Source: Eledone cirrhosa | Taxonomy: Eukaryota | DNA length: 64,000 bases | NCBI GenBank assembly: GCA_964016885.1 | Contig: OZ024743.1 | Location: forward strand, 248,186,001 to 248,250,000 | Direction of reading: 5' to 3' | In this document: positions 56,280 through 64,000 of the stretch, piece by piece | Layout: each line of letters starts with the position of its first letter | How positions within the stretch are numbered: position 1 is the first letter of the stretch | Notes under the pieces: generated by a model | Databases searched by the model: none | Seen by the model: the letters and a program-made list of their open reading frames with translations, nothing else | What the model was told of the DNA's origin: nothing | Program-made: the position numbers and the translations under genes

Positions 56280-56328
56280 GATTCTACAGGACTAGAACTG
56301 TTTCATTATTTAGAAATCATCAGGAATC
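56280..56328 (-). ncRNA. Type I hammerhead ribozyme motif (mirror copy on + at 56324-56372)
   Basis: GAUUC CUGAUGA uuucuaaauaau GAAA CAG(uucuaguc)CUG UA/GAAUC: 5-bp stem I, canonical core, 4-bp stem III, GUA site, weak stem II. Confidence 0.7.
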
Positions 56329-56458
56329 CTGATGATTTCTAAAGAATGAAATAGTTCTAGTCCTGTAGAATCTCATCTATATTAAAACTTTTATACTCTG
56401 CTATGTATTGAGTACCTTATTTACTGTGGTTACTTCCGATTCAACCCGGAATAACTTA

Positions 56459-56498
<40 letters not shown>

Positions 56499-56729
56499 GA
56501 AACACACAGATACATGCGGACACACACATATATACATGAATGCATCCGCACCCAACTGTGAGTTAAGGGTGCCAACTTCACCGATGTTGCTCAATGAATG
56601 ACTGGGACAGACCAATTCAGTTTGAACCAGACTGAACCAGTATCAGAGTTAAAAATACATTATGAAGAGAGAAGAAACATTTAGATATAATTAGTAATAA
56701 AATGTATCATACCTAAACTGCTCCTAAAT

Positions 56730-56817
56730 TCCTCGACTACGTAGTTTCGTGGCATAAACAAAAACAATATATCAAAGATATAGAGTCCCTGCGAGGTCTG
56801 CCAACTTATCAAGAGGA
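56730..56817 (-). ncRNA. Type I hammerhead ribozyme, U3-A8 core variant (copy 1)
   Basis: UCCUC UUGAUAA G u UGGCA...UGCCA C GAAA CUACGUAG UC/GAGGA. Confidence 0.72.
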
Positions 56818-57320
56818 TACCTCATTTTACTAGTCTCAAGAACGCGTCTGCACGACGTGAGAAAGAATCCCAAAAGGCGGAGGGGGAGATAGTCACGCGA
56901 TATAACGGTCGAGAAACAGAGCTAAGCCTCTTATAACCACGAAGAAAATACCACGGAGGCGGAGGGGGTATTCATATCGAGGCCGTAGAAGAGGTAGTGA
57001 AGAAGGCGAGAAGTATGAGTAATGGAAGCTTTCCAGTTGTCCCCACACTTCAAAGATTGCTCGACCAGAGGGAGTTATTAATATATTTAGAAACACACAG
57101 ATACATGCGGACACACACATATATACATGAATGCATCCGCACCCAACTGTGAGTTAAGGGTGCCAACTTCACCGATGTTGCTCAATGAATGACTGGGACA
57201 GACCAATTCAGTTTGAACCAGACTGAACCAGTATCAGAGTTAAAAATACATTATGAAGAGAGAAGAAACATTTAGATATAATTAGTAATAAAATGTATCA
57301 TACCTAAACTGCTCCTAAAT

Positions 57321-57408
57321 TCCTCGACTACGTAGTTTCGTGGCATAAACAAAAACAATATATCAAAGATATAGAGTCCCTGCGAGGTCTGCCAACTTAT
57401 CAAGAGGA
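57321..57408 (-). ncRNA. Type I hammerhead ribozyme, U3-A8 core variant (copy 2)
   Basis: Identical to copy 1, 591 nt away. Confidence 0.72.
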
Positions 57409-57454
57409 TACCTCATTTTACTAGTCTCAAGAACGCGTCTGCACGACGTGAGAA

Positions 57455-57498
<44 letters not shown>

Positions 57499-57694
57499 AA
57501 TCTATATATCTATAAATTTTTATATATATATATATAAAAGAAATATATATATATATATAGGTGTACATACTTATATTTAAGTAACAGCCGTACTAACAGT
57601 GGGAAATGAAATTTCGTTTCATTTTTTCCGTTTATATATATATATATATATATATAAAAGAAACCGGTGCCCCTACGACTCCATCACATAGAAG

Positions 57695-57960
57695 CATGTG
57701 GCCTAGTGGTAAGGGTGTTGGAATTATAACCATAACGTTGTGGGTTCAACTCCTGGACTGGGTTGTGTGTTGTTTTCTTGTGCAAAACACCTCATTTCAT
57801 GTTGCTCCAAGATACTCAACTGAAAATGAGGACCAGCAATAGCTGGGAGTTTAACCTTGCGATGGTCTGGCTCCCTGTCCAGGAGGAGTATTGTACTCTC
57901 AGTCGCTAAACGCCATGGAAACCGGGATAAACACCGGCCTGACGAGCCTTCAGATTTGAG
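57695..57960 (+). mobile_element. tRNA-derived SINE with Meta-like central domain
   Basis: gtggcctagtggtaag...ggttcaactcc tRNA head, then ccttgcgatggtctggc...ggaaaccgggataaacaccggcctgacgagcc. Confidence 0.6.
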
Positions 57961-58766
57961 ACAGACTTTAGACTAGACGACTCACTTTACCTTGCCTTAT
58001 GTCAAATAGGATTATTTCTGATATTCTTTGGCTGTTTTCATATGCCTCTTTCTACATTAAAACTAATTTGTTATAAGGAGATAATGTATAAGTGACGAGA
58101 TTGTATAACATGCCTGCTCTTTCATCTACTTAACTTTACGAAGTTTTATATTTAGGTTTATATCTTTATCTGTACTTTGCCACAGAAAACGAAATTGCAA
58201 ATATATTTGCCAACCTTTAATGATTACTTACACTCAAGTCTTGAATAATCGTCCTCGCCCCATACTTATGAATTTTTCAGATTTCCCTTCCCTCCCCGCC
58301 TATTAAATTTTGCTAATCTATCTCCGACGAAATTTTATTGTAAGTGGTTCATATCGATACAGCAGTTGGAGAATCTAATAATTCCATTTTACATTATTAC
58401 ATTAAAAAAACATTATATATGACAAAAAAAAGAAAAGAATATTACAAGAAATCCCATACTTACGAACGTACAATACACAGGGGCGGTGGAAGAATTTATG
58501 AATTGGCGGGGCCAAATTTGGACAATTTAGTTGTAGTGATTAGTTTAGCCCTTTGCACTCTAAAATGCTAAGAAAACTTTGATATGCGATAAACATAACA
58601 TGTACATAAATTGTAGCGCATATCCAGTTGGAGTGGGGCATGTCCCCCAATTTCACCGCCACTGTATATATATAATTTAAAAAAAATTATGCTCTGTGTC
58701 CTTTCCTAAGGGGTTAATATATCGAGCTTCTTCTCACTTGGTAAGAAACTGATATTATACCAAATT

Positions 58767-58829
<63 letters not shown>

Positions 58830-58858
58830 CCTCTCTCTCTCTCTCCCACTCTCTCTGA

Positions 58859-59140
58859 GAAAGAATAGACCAACACTGGAGGGAACTAAGAGGATAAAAA
58901 AAAAGAAAAAAAAAGAGAAACGGTTCAGTACTATACGAACACGCCAGACAAAGACATGGTGGTAATATAGACAACGTAGAAATTAAAATAATATCTAAGC
59001 ATAGAAATGACTCAAAAGGTAGGCAAATCAGAGAAGCAACTAAGATAGAACTAAGAAGACCGAAGTTGGACAGAATGAATGAATGGAATAACAACAACAA
59101 CCATACCCAAACAAACAATACTGACTTAAGGGAAATATAA
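58859..59140 (+). pseudogene. Penelope-like element ORF 3' end (C-terminal half of GIY-YIG endonuclease)
   Basis: ERIDQHWRELRG*...SVLYEHARQRHGG...EIKIISKHRNDSKGRQIREATKIELRRPKLDRMNEW fits the R..EH / S...H...H / R..REA..I....P.LN pattern; one in-frame stop. Confidence 0.78.
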
Positions 59141-59281
59141 ATAAATAAATACACAAGTACAATAACAACAAAAACATATAAACACACACTGGTGGACAAA
59201 GATAGAATACAAAAACAAAAACACATACACTCAAACGCGAACACACACACCAAACATCATGCGCAAAGACAGAGACAAGAA

Positions 59282-59348
<67 letters not shown>

Positions 59349-59402
59349 AAATAAAAATGGCGTAGACATTACAATACAATACAATGGGAGGAAACATAAT
59401 AG

Positions 59403-59446
59403 TACCACTGATGATGTTGCAGATGTGCGACGAAAGAACTTTGATA
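59403..59446 (+). ncRNA. Minimal type I hammerhead motif downstream of the GIY-YIG remnant
   Basis: UACCA CUGAUGA u GUUGCA gaug UGCGAC GAAA GAAC UU/UGAUA: 6-bp stem II, one mismatch in stem I. Confidence 0.7.
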
Positions 59447-59629
59447 GACTATATATATATATATATTTATATCTGTATTTTTAACCGATGGTCAATCAAT
59501 GATAAACATTGATTGCCAAATAAATTAACTATGGAGATATAAAAGAAACAGAAGCGAAAACCAACCCAAATCAAACAGTGAGTGTGTTCTGTTATTATTT
59601 CTGGCAATATTATTACAATATGACCCTCT

Positions 59630-59717
<88 letters not shown>

Positions 59718-59732
59718 AGAGGGTCATATTGT

Positions 59733-59773
<41 letters not shown>

Positions 59774-59776
59774 TAT

Positions 59777-60340
59777 ATATTGTTATACTTTGGGAGGGTC
59801 ATGTTGCCAATAAGAAACACACGCACCAGTTGCTTTCACTTCAATTTATTATATATTTATAAATTTATAAATTTACAAATCTACAAATTTATAAATTTCT
59901 GGTTGGTTGGTTGGTTCCACAACCAGATAGTTGTTTATATATAGTCATAGTCCTTTCGTCACACACTGTCCTACGCCATTTTGTTTCTGTGTGTGTGTTC
60001 ACACACACAGAAACAAAATGGCGTAGGACAGAAGAACGGAAAGGCACAGAAACAAAGAAAGGAATCCCCAGTCACTGAAGAGGTCACAGAGTGTGTGACG
60101 AAAGGACTATGACTATATATAAACAACTATCTGGTTGTGGAACCAACCAACCAACCAGAAATTTATAAATTTGTAGATTTGTAAATTTATAAATTTAGAA
60201 ATATATAATAAATTGAAGTGAAAGCAACTGGTGCGTGTGTTTCTTATTGGCAACATGACCCTCCCAAAATATAACAATATCGGTTTCAACACACGATTTC
60301 AGATAAAGAATCTTGCTAAACAAATTCAGAAACGAAATAT
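59777..60340 (+). mobile_element. Penelope-like terminal repeat with 191-bp inverted 5' copy, between (TA)n tracts
   Basis: Arms 59777-59967 and 60090-60280, plus an inner hairpin 59966-60031. Confidence 0.8.
60070..60114 (+). ncRNA. Minimal type I hammerhead ribozyme
   Basis: AGUCA CUGAAGA g GUCACA gagug UGUGAC GAAA GGAC UA/UGACU: perfect 5-bp stem I and 6-bp stem II. Confidence 0.8.
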
Positions 60341-60361
60341 ATATATATATATATATATATA

Positions 60362-61030
60362 CTAGCCAAATTACCCGCGTCTTGCTGCGTTTCACACATT
60401 TTTTTTTGTAAGAAAATGATGATTGATTTTAAATCAGTGATATAATTTATGGAGAAAAACTCTGCATTTCAATATTACTCAATGTAAAATGTAATGCATG
60501 AAAAATTAGAAAACATTTATTTTTTGTAATATATCAAATCAAAATTACATTATTAAATCTTATTCTTATTTTGTTTCTTGTAAATAATTTTTTTCAAAAT
60601 ATCAATTCAAAACTTTTGTGAATAGGCATCATATCTTGTCATTTACCTATGGTTTAAATTTCATATAAATCGAAGGGAAAAACATTTTCAGCGGGGGTTT
60701 GTTCCCCCGGGAAACCCTAAAAGGGGGTTTAACCCCCATTAGGGTGTCTTAATATTATTGAAATTTGCTGAAATTTTGTGAATAGGCATCATATCTTGTC
60801 ATTCACCGATGGTTTAAATTTCATATAAATCGAAGGAAAACATTTTTAGCGGGGGTTTGTGCCTCCGGGGAACCCTTTGATTAAAATGAAATATACTTAT
60901 CCAAGTACACTGGGCAATGTAGTTTCAGAATATATATGGTTATGGGGGTCTATCTCCAAAACCATAGGAGGAGTTCGTGAACAAACAAACAAACGGACAG
61001 GAACTACAACTTTATATATATATATATATA
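60362..61030 (-). mobile_element. Helitron-like non-autonomous element with internal duplication (about 60615-60715 and 60775-60875)
   Basis: actag...cccgcgtcttgctgcg terminus like the 44009 element, with (acaa)n before the (TA)n at the other end. Confidence 0.6.
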
Positions 61031-61687
61031 ACGCCGTCTAATCGCATGTTGGCATTTAATGTCCGGAAAGGCTTTAGGCGCTACTATTGTTACTGTCGCA
61101 CTATTTTCCGCCATGGTACTTGGAGACTGGAGCTGAATGCTACCATTCTATTGTACAGCGATTGGAGACTGATTTTCTCTAATAACCGATGTTTTCACTC
61201 ACTTGTTAATTTGTGTTTGTGATACGTTGGAGAGTGGTTATGGCTGGAGCGGAACCATTTGAATTTCGTCACGTAAATTTCTGAACCAATAGCCAATTGG
61301 TTGACGGCATTGTGATGACGCGTATGGATTTCAGTTGCTAATGTACTACTGTTGTTGCCTGTCACATTCACTGTTATAGCCGACACGGACTGGAATCAAA
61401 TATTGTCGATCGATCGGTTATTGATTAGGCGAATCCCGGTAATGAAGCCACATACACCGATTGTGCATTGTTGTATAATAAATACAGACAGTGGATGCTG
61501 TGCACTCTATTGCTGCATTAAGTGTGGCCGAAACTCGAGTACGGGTCTAGATTTGAGGTACCCATTTACGTGTGTTGTATTGAAGCAAATAACTTTGTGT
61601 CTACTCTAGTATTTTACATAACATTACCTATTGAGTACGCTGAGATTCAACCGGTACTAGCAGTGAAACACATGCTAGTCACGTCAA

Positions 61688-61735
<48 letters not shown>

Positions 61736-61819
61736 AAAGGTAAACAGAAATAACACCACAATCGGTACAGTATATGGAAGGTATATATTAGGTTAACGCT
61801 TGATATAGCAGGAAGAGGG

Positions 61820-61855
61820 TCTTAACGTTTCGGACGCTAGTCCTTCATCAGAAGA
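61820..61855 (-). ncRNA. Minimal type I hammerhead ribozyme
   Basis: UCUU CUGAUGA a GGAC uagc GUCC GAAA CG UU/AAGA with palindromic stem III ACGU. Confidence 0.78.
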
Positions 61856-62952
61856 AAGAATGAGAAATAAAATAGATCAAGGGGACGGGCGGGTTGGAAT
61901 TGTAAAAAATAACTTTAGATAAAAACACATTTATTTATTATAGTTCCTTACTCTAAAGTTTCACCTGCGCACTCACAGGATCACCAGTCTTCTCTGGGGA
62001 GTACGCAGGTGAGACTCCAGAGTAACAAGGTTCATCACTTAGCCATAATTAAATAATATTTAAACTCTACTTCGGTATTGAAGTTTCATTCTTACGTCCG
62101 TCAATAATTCACGTACTCTCAGGTCTTGAATAATCATCCCCCATACCCCGCATTTGTCATATTCCCCCAACTTCGGTTTTAATTCTACTCGCTTATTAAA
62201 TGTTGCTAATCTATCTCCGGCGAAATTTTATTTGTAAGTGATTCATACTGATACAGCAGCTAGAGAATCTAATCATTTTATTTTACATTAAAAAAAATCT
62301 TATATGACAAGAACATTACAAGAAATCCCATATTTACATACACTATATAATTACTGATTCCCCCCACCATTATTGCCACCCCTCCTATTATTTGGGAACC
62401 GAGAGTGCCACCAAACTCTCCTCTATGTCTGTCATACAGAACTCTCTCTTAACCCTCTCTCTGTATCTACTAAAACTAAACTCTACCGCTCTCTATATCT
62501 ACCACGACACCACCTCGCTTACCCTACTCTCTATATTTAAGACAAATACACTCTCTTACTCTCTATAAATATCTACACTTATTTCTCCCAATCCCCCTCT
62601 ATATATCAATCATGCCTAAACTCTCACCCTTTCTGTATCTACTACACAGCACTCTCCCATTATCCCTATCTGTATATCTACAACCACCAAATTCTCCCCT
62701 CTCTATATCTACTACACAGTATTCTTTTCCAATCCCCCTCTCTATATCAATTATCACTTGATATAGACGTGAATTACTTTGCTCCGGACTTTTACGGATT
62801 ATTGTAAAAAAAACTGTGAGTTTATTGCTCAATTTAATAACATTGTTTAGTTTAACCCCTTGTCTGGGCCGTCAGACGTTGAGTCAACTGATTTTCGCCC
62901 CTTTCTGGTGCGAAATTTTCATTTTCATCTCAAAACTGTAGACTTGGTGGCA

Positions 62953-64000
62953 ATGGATGCCATTTCCACCTCGCACACTGTCGTGAGTGCCACGCCCACT
63001 AAGAAAAGTGGTGGAGGGAAGGTAGGAGTACAAAGCTTGCAGCCTTCCCCCCTCGCATTATCGAAAAACGTTAAAAATATTGAAACCACGAAACCAAACC
63101 CGGTAAATAATACCAGCACCAACAACAAGAACAATGACAATAACACCACAACCAACAACTGCAACAATAGCAACACCAAAGAAAACATGAACAATATTAC
63201 CAACAGTGACAGCAACAAAAAAGACAACAACACCAAAACAACATTCGCACAGACTGTAAAAAAAAAACGAACTATACACGCCAATAGACATAACAAATGC
63301 TAAACAACTATTACAAGACGCAAAACAATTCGTGACTTTTGGCGAAAACGGTGCTTTTAGCGTCAATTCTCCACAGGAATTGCGTAGAGAGGCTGTCCTG
63401 AAAACCACAGTTTTCAGGACAATATCGAACGAAACAAGAAAACCAGCTCAATTATCACAAAATGAAATTGAGCTGGTTCTAAAAGATACAATGAAGGACT
63501 TAACCTTCATACAAAAAGGTAAACTGTTTGGTAGCATTTCGGTGCTAATGAACAACCAGTCAACAGCTCAAAAGTACTCGGTATCACCCATTGTGTCCCC
63601 CCGCTACACCTTTTTCCCCACATACAGGGGAAAAAGGACACAAAGAATAAAAATAATGAGTATCACACCAAATGTAAATATTAGGTGGATACTATGTGGA
63701 ATCATTGACTTTGACGAAGACAAGATAATTTCAATAGGAAAGTCCTCCGGAGGTGTATTTGGTGGGACCAGCGTAGAAGTTCTGGTGCAAATGAGCCCAG
63801 AACGAATAGCGAATATCCCACAACGCGTACCTCTGGACGGGCTAACTTATATAAACATTTCAGTGGAGGGAAGGCTGCCGTCATGTTACCACTGCTTAAG
63901 CAGGGGTCACCTGAGGGCTGCCTGTCCTCAATTAACGAGTAAAAAAAAAGGCTCTTCTGCCAACCCCGAACACAACAACACAACCACCACCACCACCACC
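62953..64000 (+). mobile_element. Gag-like ORF1 of a non-LTR retrotransposon (L1/Tx1-like), running off the window
   Basis: ATG at 62953, Asn/Thr-rich region, frameshift at A10 (63258-63267), then an open frame to the window end with zinc knuckle CYHCLSRGHLRAAC (63884-63925). Confidence 0.75.

Larger units (their letters stand above)
56490..57457 (-). mobile_element. Penelope-like/retrozyme-like element: two 377-bp direct repeats (period 591) between (TA)n tracts
   Basis: 56490-56866 and 57081-57457 are identical by eye, and each contains a hammerhead motif. Confidence 0.8.

Noticed and set aside
57915-57950. GAAAC...CUGACGA hammerhead-like words in a SINE
   Set aside because: No NUH site or stem I between the two core halves; it is part of the SINE central domain.
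58714-59826. Minus-strand ORFs of 179, 122 and 119 aa
   Set aside because: They are translations of (CT)n, (AAAT)n and (TA)n microsatellites and of the antisense of the Penelope-like remnant.

Overview
AT-rich, repeat-dense eukaryotic genomic DNA, most likely an octopod cephalopod (inferred from the SINE/LINE repertoire, not verified). One protein-coding gene is recognisable: a melted/VEPH1 ortholog on the + strand. It has 15 predicted coding exons (6877-43377, about 826 aa) with consistent splice phases, including a candidate 38-nt microexon. The introns are filled with RTE-clade LINE fragments, tRNA-derived SINEs, TTAA-flanked piggyBac-like MITEs, a CRE-like retrotransposon fragment and a 40-bp minisatellite. 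The most striking signal is downstream of the gene (about 52.9-62.1 kb): a dense cluster of type I hammerhead ribozyme motifs in Penelope-like terminal repeats inserted into (TA)n tracts. The cluster includes a GIY-YIG endonuclease remnant, near-perfect fold-back repeats, and a 591-nt-period direct repeat whose two hammerheads carry the compensatory U3-A8 core variant (retrozyme-like; could release a 591-nt monomer or circRNA). The window ends in a gag-like CCHC ORF1 of a non-LTR element. All structures were read by eye; no searches or folding programs were run.
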